DNA from: Phoronis australis
Lineage: Eukaryota; Animalia; Phoronida
DNA: 64,000 bases
Assembly (NCBI GenBank): GCA_002633005.1
Contig: NMRA01000078.1
Coordinates: 814,820-878,819, forward strand
Direction of reading: 5' to 3'
Of the stretch, positions 24,901 through 38,792 are shown piece by piece (position 1 is the stretch's first letter; each line of letters starts with the position of its first letter). Made by a program: the position numbers and the translations under genes. The notes beneath the pieces are model-generated. The model ran no database searches. It had not been told where the DNA came from and saw only the letters and a program-made list of their open reading frames with translations.

Positions 24901-27900
24901 CAAATATCTGGTCCGTTTGGTTATTATGAGTGAGGTCACCTTTCTACTCGTAATTTACGTTTCTACTTGTATTTCTGTGAGGATACACACTAATGTCAAG
25001 CCCTCAGTACATAGAAGTTGTGCTGCTACCATATCGGGTCTCGCCATCTCGCTCCCTTTATTGTCTTCTCAGTATGCTTATGTCAAAAACTGACTAAGCT
25101 AAAGATGATCACTGAAGACGGTTTTGATTGTAGCAACTGTTGTTGCAGACCTGCATTGACTGCATCATGTGGGTGTTTGAAAGTCCAAACTGCTCATAGT
25201 TTGTGTGTCGAGTCTTGAAATAAAGGTATTGACGAGTCAAAACAGGTTGTCAAAAGAATGTGTACCTGGCGACCTCTGGTGTTGGTCTTAGGAAGTTTGT
25301 CATATGTGGTTTCCTGCATCATAGTTTATAGATGGTCTACCTCGATCCTACTCCTTTCAGGATGCCTTCCTGTCTCTGAGATATTGGTGTTTTTGCAGGT
25401 TGAAGTTGAAGAAAATGAGGACATAAAGTCGGGCTATAAAATTAGTTTTCATTTTGAGGAGAATCCTTACTTTGAAAACAAGCTGTTGTGCAAAGAGTTC
25501 CATCTGGGACTCAGTGGTAAGTTAATTGTTATGAGTCTTAAGTGAGGGGGACATTTGTTAATGGTATTGTGTTTGTAAATGTTACTTTCCATGACTGTTG
25601 CAATGCGACTTTGGTTTTCGGTATCTCCAGTTTTGAATGCCTTGAACACAATTTACAGTCAAACCGTTTTATTAGGAACCTTACCTGCCAGTTCTAAAAT
25701 GCTCACTGCAACAGAATCTTGTTATCTCCTGATCAACTGGTATGTGCAATACAGCTGATATAGAAATTTTGGAATCCAGCGAGTGTTTTAAACTCTATAC
25801 TTTGTAACACTTTCTTCTCTGCTGAATAAGGGGCATGAAAGTGACTATTGCCTAGTGTTCCCCACCCTGATGCGTGACTATTGCCCAGTGTTCCCCACCC
25901 TGGCGCGTGACTATTGCCCAGTGTTCCCCACCCTGGTGCGTGACTATTGCCCAGTGTTTCCCACCCTGGCGCGTGACTATTGCCCAGTGTTCCCCACCCT
26001 GGTGCGTGACTATTGCCCAGTGTTCCACACCCTGGTACGTGACTCTTGCCCAGTGTTCCCCACTACAGAAAATTCCACTGGAATTACAAAAGTTCATGTA
26101 TGTGTTCAAAAGTCCAAGTCCATACTGTGGGAAGTTTGATTGTTTAAATCTTGAAATAAATGCATTGAACCAGTATCAAAATGGCACAATTTGCTTTAAA
26201 ATGGCTTATCTCTCAATACCTTAAACTCATTGTGCAGGTTTTCAAACCAAATCCAAGTAAACCAAATTAGTCTGACTGCAAATTTCAAACTTAACACTGT
26301 GACGAGTCGAAGCAGGTTGCGAAGAATGCTGCTTGCCCATCTTTATGTGCCACACAGTACCTACAATGCCCACGATTTAAAAATTGGTTTTATTTTCTGT
26401 ACTTTGGACTAAAGCCATGTTTATATGCAGCACTTTGCACTCGTACATTAGAATACAGCATACGCAAATCTACGCCTGGTTGTAGATGTAAATTTACACA
26501 GCATTCGTATGGGGAAAAAGAAAAGCAATATTTGTGCTCAGTACGCTTTACATTTCACCGCAAGTTCGACACCAGCAACGTTTCCCAGTAAAGAGAAGGT
26601 TCTTCAGATGCAATTGCCTTCAATCTGGGGAGCTCTGAGGCTCAGGAATAGATCCCTAAGGGATTGGTTTTGGAAGAATCTTGCAACGTCAAATAATATT
26701 AAGAACGATTGATGGATTAGTATCAAAACACATTCAATGATGAAAATTTCAAAGATGAAGGGTGGTTTGAAAATTGTCAAATGGCAGATGCTCTTCCATA
26801 GGCTTGCTCATTTTACCAAGTATACTTTGAACGCATTACATTCAGATGATACAATCCTCCTCTCAGCCAAATCGTAATGAAAGCATACAGGATTTGGTAA
26901 ACGCACTGTTGTTCACCTGGCGGAGTTAAGAAAGTAGGTGTTTTCCTGTTCTCGATGCATATGCAAAATAAGCAAAGAGACAGCTGCTCAAAATTTCAAC
27001 AAAGCCATCACTTGAATGATGATAAATTTGGATTTTCCCAATTGAGGCAGTTTAGTAATGTTATCGATGGAAGTGCCTTAACAGTGATAGTGTCTAAAAT
27101 ATTGTTCGCGGATTTTTATTCAACAACATGGTTCTAGTATTCGATTATTTTTTGATGTGTGATTTCTCATGTAAACACAAGATGGCTTGCCAAGTCGTGT
27201 TCATGACATGCTGGCTTTTGGAAATTAAGTGTTGAAGGTGAAATACGATCTTTGGCAAAATGAGCCAAAAAGCTGATTTGTCCTCATGAAGTCATACATA
27301 TGCCTATTGCACCTCCATAGGGATGGTGCATATCCAGTGAAATCGTGAACAAAAAAAGCTTTGAAAGTTTCACCTAGCAGCAACCGCAGCAACGCCACCA
27401 GCAGCAACAGCAGCAGCGCTGCTGGCAGCAACAGCAGCAGCGCCGCTGGCAGCAACAGCAGCAGCAGCAACAGCATTTCAATAGAAGACCATGTTGAACC
27501 AATATGACAACAGAAGATCTTTTGGTCATTTAAAGGGAAGTGGTGTTTCTTTAAGAAGAGATGAGATTTCGTAATGGCACTTTTGGCAAAGTGATCTTGC
27601 TTTTCCTCCCATGAGTTAATTTAATTCGCGTTCACATGCGCTAGGTGTATATTTGCACGTGTGTAAATGTACATCTACGTGACCCGAGGAGGTGGAGTAA
27701 TTATAGACTCAAGTGTAGCTTTTACGGATGTTTTTGTATTTTTTGGCAAAAATAGACACTGCGTAAATATAGTCAGGTATAAATCTACACTCCATAGATC
27801 CAATACATTAGCACTGTTCTTGTAGCGAGATATCTTCACTTTATGCAACAGAAGTTGTGAATCCTGTCCCATAGTTTAATGTTTCAACCTCACTGACCAA

Positions 27901-30900
27901 TCACTTAAAGGGATGTTAAACCCTGTTGTGATGATTTAAACCAATCCTCTTTCTGTTTCCTGCTAATGCATCATAAGCGTCAATCTTGAAAGATAAAAGC
28001 AGGAATCATCTAAAAGATTCTACTCTTATTTCACAAACTGGACATTATGGTCATTGGGTGGTCTTTTCCCACTGTTGTTGTGTAATTTGGTAAAAGCATA
28101 GGTCACGCTTTCCCATTTAGTAGACTTTGAAAGGAGTTTAAAAATTTTCCTCCAAACGTTTGAGGGTTGTCAAGGGTTACAGCGCATTTATTCCGTTTCA
28201 GAGAATTGGACGGGAAAGTCATTTTTAGTATTTGTTAATAGGCCAAAACCGGGTTTGGTATCCTTTTAAGTGGCCGCCATATTGCTAGTAAGTTCTCCAA
28301 CATGTACTCAAAACACTCGCCTTTCACATGCGTGACATTGTGTCGTCTAAGGTCTCGTATTAGCTTGCTTTGCTGGCGAGAGACTTGGTCTATGGAACGC
28401 ACCCCAGCTCTCATAATGTTTAATGTTTTGTCTTGCTTGCTCGCCAGGTAACCCCACGGCACAGGCAACTGAAATAAAATGGAAGGCTGGACATAGCCTG
28501 GTGTCTGCGGAACGCCAGAAGACATTGTTGGGGAAACGCAAATTGAACAGGCGGAAGTTCTTTGATTGGTTCAGTGACACATCTGATCCATCAGCTGATG
28601 ATATTGCTGAGGTAATGTCGGGCAAAACATTCATTAATAACTAATTTGTGATCGTTAATTTTCATCAACATTTGCTTGAGCTCTCTGTGTCGTTGATAGC
28701 CATTCCCTGCACACCAGTAAAGCAGATGGGCAAGACGTAAGAAAACTAGGAATTAAAATGTCAGCTGAATTTTGAGGCTGTTCTTTCATAGCTGTCATTT
28801 TAATCATTAGTTTTATTTTGTCTCTAAGCCGTCAAAGAGAGCTCGAGCAAATATCATTGAAAATTATTAATTGTGAGAACATTGTTGTGTGCTCAACAAA
28901 TTTTGTCCACAGGAGGCTCTGCTTTCAAAATATTCTAATTAATGAGTTATTCACATTTCATTCAAGAAAATGTGATGACCTCTGCTTCAGCGAAGCTGTA
29001 ATATTGTGGAACATATAATATGGAGGAAAGAAGGAATTTTATTTTGTACCTGGCAGGTGTTCTGAATAAATGCCTAATCATTGACTGACATGGCGATTTT
29101 TCTGCCTGAAACTTGTCAGACTGGCAGGGAAAGCTGTGTGTGACTGTGGCTTTGAATAAATTCAAAAATGGAGGGTTTGGTGTATTGCTCGATTCTTTAT
29201 ATTTGGATATACGGGTAATGGTCTGATATATCGTGCCCGAATTTTGAGAACCAGTTTTCTCCTCTGAATATCGAACGTCATACTGGTTTTCAAAATACGG
29301 GCACGTTATATCAGACTATTGCCAAATATACCTGTATAGTGTGTCCCAGCCTGGTTATGTTCTGTTGGAATAGTTAGCAATGTTAATACAAGACTTTCAT
29401 TTTCGCTTTAGTATGATTTAAACCAGGTTTGACAGTTTTTTTTTCTAACTGTTAATTTGTTCCATTGGGGTATATGTACACTTGTATGACATTTGCGTGA
29501 AGCATGGCTTGTGTGTTAAAAGTGAATTAACTGACCTAGTGAAAAAGCCATTTGTTAGTATGTTTTAAGCCGATTATCATTACAAAACTGGTCTCAATTT
29601 GTTTTCTAATCAGTTAAAAGTGATTTGTAGACTTGAAAAGAAATGATTGTTAGCCATTGCTTGAGACTGTGCTTTGTGTGTAAAGTGACGTGCAGAGGGA
29701 TTCTATGTTTTGAGCCTGTTTTCACCATGCAAACTCAAAATCAGATTTTACCAAGTCCAGATATCTTGTGTTAATAAATAATAAATTGAAGCCCGTTTTG
29801 TAATAGTACGGAAGCCTTAAATTGAGCTTGAGTTTTAGTCAATTGTGGGAACGATCTTTAGGGAATTGGTTCTTCAGTTTATTTCACGTTCGACTTAAAT
29901 GTGAGAGTTGATGCTATCCATGGAGACCATTACAAAAGCGGTCGTTTCTAGACAGCGTTGTAGTCGTAACTCTTGTTCATTGTGCACAGGTGATTAAAGA
30001 TGACATGTGGCCAAATCCCCTGCAGTATTATCTGGCCCCCGGTGATGCCAATGGAATGTACAGGTAAGTGGTCATCGAATACTCTCGTAAGTGTGCTTCA
30101 TTTAATCGTTGATTAGCGCCAACTTCCAGTTTCTTTCAATATCATTTGTAAAAGGGTAAAAGGGATTTCACGATTATGTTCGAGTTACTTAGTCTTTTTC
30201 ATGATTTCATGGTTTAAGGTGATCTTTGACCCTAGAAGAGTGTCCAGTTTTGGCCATTCATGTCTCAGAAATGACCGGTCAGCTACAAATGAAGGTTAAT
30301 ACGCTGCTCTCGAAAACGCCGCTTGGGCTAAGCGTTTGTTTTTAAAATGATCTATTTTCGCAAGAGGAGGTATCAAAAATGGGACTTTCGTGAATTTTTT
30401 TTGAAAAAACCCTAAAAATTGTGTAAGGTGAAAACGACATGGTACTTAAGAAAACTTAGCACTTTCAAAATTTCGAGTTTTGCGGAATTTGGTAATGGTG
30501 TTGGTGCCGATGTTTTACTGTGAAAGTGTTGCTTTCTTTTTTGCTTAATTTTACTAAGAAGACGACGTATGATCCAATCAATGGCAAATATAACGTACAA
30601 ATTAAATTCTACAGAGTGTTCGCCTTCAGAAATATATACTATTACCCAGTGAAGTTTTGTAGATGTGTAGATATTTGGCTGAATGTGTGGACTTGTTAAT
30701 ACGGTCCTGCATAGCCTTAAGCCATGTTGCTGTGTCTTCTCTCCCAAAGTCATGTTTTGGAGCATAGCTTGTGTACTCGCAGCTCCCTCTTGTGCAAAGA
30801 TACTGTTCTGTTTTGTAGTGACGAAGAGGACGATGATGGGGAAGAGGATGACTCTGTTGTTGTCATCGGTGATGATGATGATGATGAAGACGATGAATTA

Positions 30901-33114
30901 GGAGAAGGTTGGTAGCATGCTATACTGAAATGCCTGTTGGTGTGGACTGGGCGTTGTTTGAGATATCTGGAGTATAATTCAATTGTAGCACCGCTAGTGG
31001 TTAAAAATAGTGCGGGTGATCTGATACATGTTGCATCATACATGCACAGACCATTCAGCCTGGCCCATCGCACCAAACACCAGAAACGGCAATAGCCAGG
31101 TGTAACGTGTCCACATTTTGAGAACCAGTCGGATGTCGGTTATTCTGTGGAGAAAACTAGTTCACAAAATGCGAGCACATTGTATCTAGCAATTACCCCC
31201 TGAAACCATTTCAACACGTATAAACATATACGTAAATTAAGAGCGAGCTGAGGAGCTACAGATCATACAAGAGGGTCAAGCAGTCGGAATCGAACCTTTG
31301 ACCTTTTGAGTAGGAGGCAGACACTCGACCCACTAGGCCACACCGTCACTCGGGGTTTTATATTTAATATCTTTTTTCACTGTCTGCTGATTTCACAGTC
31401 GCATGTTTCCTCTAACCCATACACCATTGGATACTCAGTTGCCTATTGCTGAAAGCTGCGGTAACTCAGCTGAGAGTGCGAAGGTACGATTTCAGACGAG
31501 CTATTGCTGTTTCACGCTCCGTGGAGTTTCTTTTAAGATCACCCCCTCGTTGACGTTGGTTCTGAAAAGAATTAGTCACCGGGCACTTAATCAGGAACGT
31601 TTGAATAATGGGAGTATTTCAGTTAATGAGTGGAATAAAATCTTTACTAACGCAAGTGAGAGAGGTCGTTGTTATGGTTAATGGGAAAGCGTGTAGTCTT
31701 AGCAGTGCGACTGTGCAAGGTCACGTTGGGAATGAGAGGAACACAGTCTCTGAGTATCTCTCTATATTACTGCGATCTACTGAGATAATTAACATAAATT
31801 ATTTCTAAGCTGTGAAATGCTAGTAGTTACTTGGCTCAACCTGTATTCAGGAATTGTGAAGTTAAGAATTATTATCAATCGGACTTAAAGCACTTTTCAT
31901 AAAGCAGACTCGTGATCGTGTTTCAGAAGACTATATTGATGAAGGAGACGAGAGCTTAGATGCTGAAGGACTGGTGGAGGAGCCTGAAGAGGAGGAGGGA
32001 GAAGAAGGTAGGGGTTATTGAGTGCACTGATAAGGGTCACTGAGTGCAGGTGATGGTAGGGGTTATGATAGGGGTTATTGAGTGCACTGATAAGGGTCAC
32101 TGAGTGCAAGTGATGGTAAGGGTTATGGTAGGGGTTATTGAGTGTACTGATAAGGGTCACTGAGTGTAAGTGATGGTACGGGTTGTGGTAGGAGTTAATG
32201 AGTGCATATGATGATAAGGGTACATATAATGGTAGGGGTTACTGAGGGCATGCTATGGTAGGGGTTAATGAGTACGTGTAATGGTAGGGAATATTGAGTG
32301 CATGTTATAGTAGTAGTTATTGAGTGCCTGTAATGGTAGGGGTTAAGGGGTACGATAATGATGGTGTTTTTATGGTAGGGGTTACTGAATACATATTATG
32401 GTAGCGGTTATTAAGTGCATACAGTGGTAAGCATATTGGGCGCATCACATGATAGGGGTTATCACATGCCTTTAATGGTGGGGTTATTGAATGCGTACAT
32501 TGGTAGGAGTTATTGAGTGCATTGGTAGTTGTTAATGAGTACATGGATGACTGTTGGGGTCATTGGCTCAGCACTGGTTGAAGCCTCTTACAGCGCCATC
32601 TTTGGAAACCAGTGTCTTAGTTTTTGTTTTAGGATGGAACACTCTACTTTGAATATTCGGATAAGTTGGTATTCCTAATTGCAAATGATGAAACAATGGG
32701 CCAACTGGAGTTCATTTTTTGCTTCTGATCAATGGAATGAATCCTTACAGCTATCTTGATTTATCCAAGGTTGAACTTTGCGATTCTGGCTGTCAATGAC
32801 CAAATTAGCGCTGTGTAAGGGTCGCTGAATGCAGTTATGACGAGGTCATCTGCTAGTTGTGTGGCGATATGAATGTATGTGTCAGAGGGCTGGTTCAACC
32901 AGGCCAATATGTTTTGTTCGAGTGCAGTCAAATCTTATCCTAAGGGTCGGTTGAATGAACTAGAAGGAGCGTGTTGCCAAACTTTACTCACAATAAACAA
33001 AGTTCTAATCCGTATTTGACTTATTCGAATTTCGTAAATATATTCCCCGTGGTGTCGCCTGTGTTTATGCTATGCAACCTCTGTACTTCAGGTGATGATG
33101 AAGAAGCTGCCTGA
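21917..33114 (+). CDS. SET: SET/TAF-I (NAP family, SET/TSPY-like) histone chaperone, ~294 aa; exons 21917-22180, 24684-24755, 25399-25516, 28448-28611, 29990-30063, 30819-30907, 31927-32007, 33092-33114
   Basis: Phase-consistent splicing (0,0,1,0,2,1,1), total 885 nt. Motifs: [42 protein letters not shown]|[47 protein letters not shown]|[15 protein letters not shown] and an acidic D/E tail. Confidence 0.93.
22181..24683 (+). other. U12-type (minor spliceosome) GT-AG intron, SET intron 1
   Basis: 5' splice site GTATCCTAT. Branch site CCTTAAC at 24667-24673, 10 nt before the 3' end, with no polypyrimidine tract. Confidence 0.85.
22555..23775 (-). mobile_element. 5'-truncated, decayed CR1/L2-like LINE (RT C-terminus + 3'UTR) inside SET intron 1
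   Basis: Reverse-complement match to 60933-62182 along the whole length. It has GVPQG.ILG-like codons near 23700-23735 and an (aaat)n tail near 22555-22580. Confidence 0.85.
25841..26063. repeat. Minisatellite, 33-bp unit, ~6.7 copies
   Basis: gtgactattgcccagtgttccccaccctgg(c/t)gc repeated. It explains the repetitive ORFs at 25852-26224. Confidence 0.95.
27377..27475. repeat. Interrupted CAG/CAA trinucleotide repeat in SET intron 3
   Basis: cagcaacagcagcagcgc(t/c)gctgg 24-nt higher-order units. Confidence 0.85.
29214..29323. mobile_element. Small palindromic MITE-like element; related copy ~31088-31198
   Basis: ggtaatggtctgatatatcgtgcccgaattttgagaaccagt pairs imperfectly with actggttttcaaaatacgggcacgttatatcagactattgcc. 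The block attttgagaaccagt is shared with ~31115. Confidence 0.65.
31245..31345 (-). mobile_element. tRNA-derived SINE head
   Basis: The minus strand has A box tggcctagtgg and B box ggttcgattcc. The body gtagctcctcagct is shared with the copy at 55868-55980. Confidence 0.7.
32008..32545. repeat. Minisatellite starting at the SET exon 7 donor: ~3 well-conserved 60-bp units decaying into ~27-30-bp subunits
   Basis: gtaggggttattgagtgcactgataagggtcactgagtgcaggtgatggtaggggttatg repeated, then degenerate atggtaggggttattgagtgc units. Confidence 0.9.
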
Positions 33115-36100
33115 TTGGTGCCAAGGAAGAGGGGTCATGCTTCTGAACTTTGACCTGAATACAGGAGGACCAATTATTTGCCTCTATTTTATCATATCGA
33201 ATGACTGAGCTGTATAATTGAGATAGATTACAGACACCCTCTTTATCAACTATGTCAAGTGCAGTTGCTCATACTCAGTTCAGACTCATAACTGGTTTGT
33301 CTATTATCTTAGAACACGTATGCATTTCAGTGGCGAGCCTTGATTTATTTCAATTTAACGTTTTACAACACAAACGAACTTATGAAATAAGGGACATATC
33401 ACATGTCATTACATCATTCAAAATTAGCCAATTTTTACGTCCCTCACTTTGCGGTCACTTGTCATAACGGCCCCCCCACCTTATCCAGTCACTATTTCAA
33501 TCGTCGCATCTGTACCCGTGGTATTTAATGCATTGGGTGCACCCACTGTTTGGATGATAAAACAACATGGAAGAGTGAAAGAGGATATTGTGTCACCGTG
33601 GTTGCGAAGGGTTAATTTCCTTTGAAATGGCCAGACAGGTGCATAAATGAGCATGATTATAATCTACTTAAAATGAGTCTTACTAAAAACTGTTCTTGGA
33701 GAGACATTCTCTATTCACACAATTTGTGTCCTTCAACTTAAACTGCATTTATAACAAGAATATTGACGATATAACCAAACCTCTAACCCTCTCCCCTCGC
33801 CGTCTAACCTTTTTTCGAATGTGATGACATAACACGTGAACGGTCCCCAAGGCAAGATAATGCTGCAAATTCGTCACTATACTATTTCTGAGGTGGAGCT
33901 TGTGGGATGCATTTTCGGCAAGTTAAAGTATCTGATTTGTTTGTTGTAGTTTGAAGTTGCAGATTTTTGAGACTCCAAAGTCTTACGCAGTCTCACTGTC
34001 AGTGCTGTTGCACTTCAGTCTTGGTGTGCGCGGTGTTTATGTAACAGTTCGTGTGCATACCTGTTCTTGAAGCCTGAACATTGTAAAACCAGGAATGTAC
34101 TGTAGTGGGAGTCCACTTAAAGTCAAACCGAATAATAGAATGTCCTGGTTATTGTAATGAAATGTCAAAAAACACGAATCAATTTCAGTTGTGACCATGT
34201 AAATGAATGGCATAATGGCCTTGAATATTATTATCGTCCTGTTCTCATTTATTGTGATTAAGAAGTTGGCAAAATTGATTCTTACCCGCCTATTAGCATA
34301 TGGTCCTTCGCATTTCTATCTATAAAGTACCGTAATTCATCTTCATTTGCCATATCGATGCGCGGTGCTATGGCTAAAAATCAGCTGTTTCCTATTTAGT
34401 TGTCGTGCTCGAGTGTCTCTCCACTTAGCATGATCAGGTAATGATTGCAATCGTCATCGAATCAGAACCCGCTTAATGAAACGTCCCGCTAATTATGATA
34501 ACTTACATCAAACCCCGAGGGTATGACATCGCGCAGGTTCCACTGTAGTACATTCTTGTACACTGTCCGTGTCATCTATTGTAAAGTCACTTAATGTTTG
34601 TGAAGTCGGTTATCAGTGCCCTGGTATTATTCTGGTGTTTAGGTTACTTTGTAGATGTCCCCATGTAAATAATTTACTGTTGTATATCCTAGGTAGGTTG
34701 CATATTAAGTCAAGTAGTCATTTCTAAACAAAGCACTTCATCTCGCATACTAGCAGCCAGTGTCTCTAATTTACCCCTCGGTTTCATGTTGTATTGTAAA
34801 GCTCACAAAGTTGTGTCTAATTACACTGTGAGATTTAATTAGAGTGAGGCGAAATTCAACTTTCCTGAGAAGCCGAGTGCAACAACTATAAAAACGGTAT
34901 AGCAGAACATTGCCTGTATCGGGTGAAGACATGACTTGCTCACGTCCAGTTTACGCGAGTGTTACTTTATTTTGACCACAAAGATGACCGTGCCATGAGT
35001 CACCTGTGGTTGTACAGCGATTGTATTGTGTGCTGGCTGACCATTGAAGCCCTGTTGTTATTGGATGTGAATAACAGTACTGTGTTTGTACAATGACTTG
35101 TTATTCATTCATGCAATCGTTATTGAAGAGAAGGATGAGCAGATGTTTTTCGTCCTCAAGGGTCTTCAGAAATGGGCAGTAATTGAGTCTTTTCCATGAG
35201 CCACAGAACACGTAGCCACTGAGTGGAACTTCACAAAACACTTAGCTACTGAGTGGAACAATGGGAGTAGGACCCATATTAATTGCCACAAAACCTACCA
35301 CACACTGTTTGAAAGTATTTCACATTTAAACACCAGTCTGCTTGGCCTTACCGTAAGACGCCTACATTTTAATCATGTGACTTGTGATTGGCACTGCCTG
35401 TCTATGGTGATCACACAGCATTGGGTAGACTTTGAGCATTAAAGTTACTAGTAAAGGATGCCTTTGTGAATGTTGTTTCAAGTCTGTTCTGCCATCTGAC
35501 TGGGCATCCTATCTGCCTTATACAAATTCCATGTTAGGAGTGTATTGCAACTTTACATACAAAGAACCCTTGTCATGCACATATTCATGCAAAAATTCAA
35601 CACCCTGAAAAGTTCACAATGCATGGCACAGAAACAAGTTGAGGCAAAACATTCTGAATTTTGATTGGCTGCCTTGAAAGACATCACAAGCAACACCATC
35701 TTGACTGATGGTAGCTGACTGTACCTACTCCTACACACTTAACGTTTTGTGTTGGAAACCCTGGTAAAGCTTGTGGTTCATAGAGCTGTGCAAAGGCATA
35801 GTCTGGTGTTTCACTTTGTTCTGACTGCAAGACTTTAAGACCGACCAGAAACACTATTTTTTATTGTCTCCCTCGTTAGGTCCACAGGAGGTTCAACTCC
35901 CGCCATTTGAAGTGCCCTGTTTATATGTTGGTGTTTGCAACTGGTTCCACACCGAACCTGTCAAAATTTAAAGTACAAATTGAAATATCTGACTACCATA
36001 ATGTAAATGCATATCCTAATTATGAATTTCACTATGGAAGTTGTCATTTTGTTCTAGGAGGGGGTAACCAGCCAGCATAGTGGCTCAGTATTTTATGGAT

Positions 36101-38792
36101 GGCTGTAAGTCCTGGGCCTTTTGGAACTGACATGCAAGGTCAGTGATTTCCTTGTAAACCCTGCTCTTTGTATGCAATTGTCCCATTTGGCCTGTGTAAA
36201 TAAAAAAAGGCTTGTGATCCTCACTAAGAGGTTAGTTATTTTACTACCCCCTATGCCTTCTGAATAGCCCTGCCCTGCCCGAAATGGTATCGTTGATATT
36301 GTTGCCATGGCCAAAACACATTGTAACAGTCACACCCAATTCTAATATTTGGGGGCCCTTAACTAGATTGAATTGGGGGCCCCCTGCCAATGACTGTAAA
36401 CTTCATCTCTTAATCATCGAGTTCCCTCGTCTCTAGGGGGCCTGAGTAGTCTCCTGTGTTGCCTTGAGGGGGAGCTAGCCTCGACAGTGAGATTAGTATT
36501 TGTTAAGACAAACATGTTAAGTTCTGTAACAGCTGGTCAAGGAGAAACGAAAACAGTGTGATTGATTTAAACGAATTTGTATTTACAATTTAAAAAGGAA
36601 ATCCAGACAATTAATTTCGCACATTCTGAAAAATGCAAATCAATTGTGAAACTACACCTCAATAGAAATGACTTGGTGTTTTGCAGTGCAAATTATGAAA
36701 GTAAACAGGACACAAGTGAGCTACTTAGCACATCAAAATCTGGCAACTTTTCATATTGAGTCTCAGAGAGCATTTGCTAGCTTCACGTTTACTTTTCTCA
36801 AATTTTTGTCAAATAAAACACGTTTGTCAATAACATGCAAAATAGATAATCATAATTGTGCATACAAAAGCACTTACTAACCCAAGTCTGAGTGTAAATG
36901 GTTAGCAATGAATTGGGAGTCACTAGACATGCTATTAGCGAGCTAGACGGCCAGGACTTTACATGTGATGCACATATATACAGATAGCAACTGTTACCTT
37001 AAAATAAACTTGCCACAATGAAACTCAATACGACGTGGAAAGCTTGTCCTCTTAGTTGAATTTTAAGGAGACTAGGGAAATTATGCAACAACTGAACATC
37101 GGACTGAACGACAAGTGAACAGGAGAGCACATACTCAAGTGTTAGTGTACCATGCAGCCAGTAACAGATGTCGCCACTGTGCCATGAACAACTTGCCAAC
37201 GGGACTGAAGTCAATAAGGGCACTGTAAACCCATCATCTGTCGAAAACATATATTTAATAAGGTCACTCACAGTTAGGCCTACAAACTGCTCTCAATATC
37301 TCTTTACTAGGATTATGGGTGATTTTCAGGTTTGAGAAGCACTGACAGTTTGCTATTGCTTGAGACCATGCTCCCCGCACAAAATAACCTTCCGGGTACA
37401 GCTTAAAGTGGAACTTGCATGCTAACTCCTTACCTCTGTGATTGCTTGGTCAAATTAGTTAAAAACAACATATAACGATGATGTGAATATGGCATAGATT
37501 GAAAATTGCCAAATAATTTTAAGAACGAAGTTTGTGTCGAAAATGATCCGTCGTAAATAACTCAACTGTGTCCAGTAAGTATCATGACATGGTGTTGGGG
37601 AATAACACTGCATGATGTACGTCACTGATGCAAAAGACATATTTGCAGAATTTTGCTTTCACATCAAACAAGTTGTCAATGAATACAACCGCACTTTGTT
37701 TAGCATAGACGATGTTCAACCAGCATTGTCGTTTAGTTCCTTCTCTACATTAGCACAGTTAGGAACATGCAAATACATCTTTAATTGATTAGCATGGTGT
37801 CGAGGGCTAACGAATGGTCATTACATCCCTATCCCAAAAATAATTTGAGTAAGGAACATGTCCAGACCAGTTTTGTTTCAGCAAATGGCCTGAATCAAAT
37901 TTTTTTTCTTCTTTTTTTGATAGAGGGCAAGTTCATAGCAGTCTTAACACGAATTGATATGTCAAAAATGTACAGCTCCGCAAATTTAATCATCTTACGC
38001 TAACAGGATTTGCATGCACGTGGACGAGAAAGCATGTACTGTTTACCCCAGAGTGCCCAGAGAAGTCCTCGGCACATCAAAGGCTTGATGGCACCGTCAT
38101 ATACTGAAGTGAGCAAGTTGGGCTGGATGAGATAATTGCGGTTGTAAACCAAACACACCTGTTCAGCGTACGACTTTCAAAGACAAAAAACGAGCAGTAA
38201 GTACGACAAACAACCAAAATGACTTTATAAAATTGAAAAGTAAATGGTAGTTGTCTTTGAATTTTTAAAATCGATGTATTATAAGAGAAATTAGTGAATA
38301 GATTTTCTTCAGCATCGCGGCTAAGCCACGAGTATTAGTTTGTGGATCGATTAGGAAAGGGAAGTCACAATCTGCCTTAGGCTTGCTTTGGACTCTTGTA
38401 CAAGCAGTTGTTTCTGAAGCGAACCTCTGATGAAATTTGAGCAAATCTGAAACTTTCAAACACAACTTCATCAATGCATGCCTATGTTCGCCTGTCAACG
38501 AAGAGCTAACTTCCTGATGTGATTACCGCCAGAAGTTGCCATGGGAACAGGAAAACAAAAAATAGTGCAATTCATTTCCCCCTTACTGAATTCCCAAGAT
38601 AATTAAATAATACCTTTACGTTGAGTAAATGTCGGGTAAATTGATGAGACGTGTAATATAATTACAGAACTTTACAAGCCTTGGCACAAAGCATCAATTT
38701 CATGTTTAAAAATAAAAGGTCGTTTGACAGTAGAAACAGCCTATTCCAAGATCACGAATGCTGAGAAATACGAACGAATCGAGTTCACATCA

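Noticed and set aside
25852-26224. Repetitive-peptide ORFs
   Set aside because: A by-product of the 33-bp minisatellite, open in several frames on both strands.
28969-29091. Possible intronic box C/D snoRNA (gtgatga ... ctga with atg/cat ends)
   Set aside because: Only a 3-bp terminal stem and no recognisable rRNA/snRNA antisense guide. snoscan or small-RNA data would be needed.
31245-31345. tRNA gene (also 55868-55980)
   Set aside because: A and B boxes are present, but there is no intact cloverleaf and the two loci share a downstream body, so they are SINEs.
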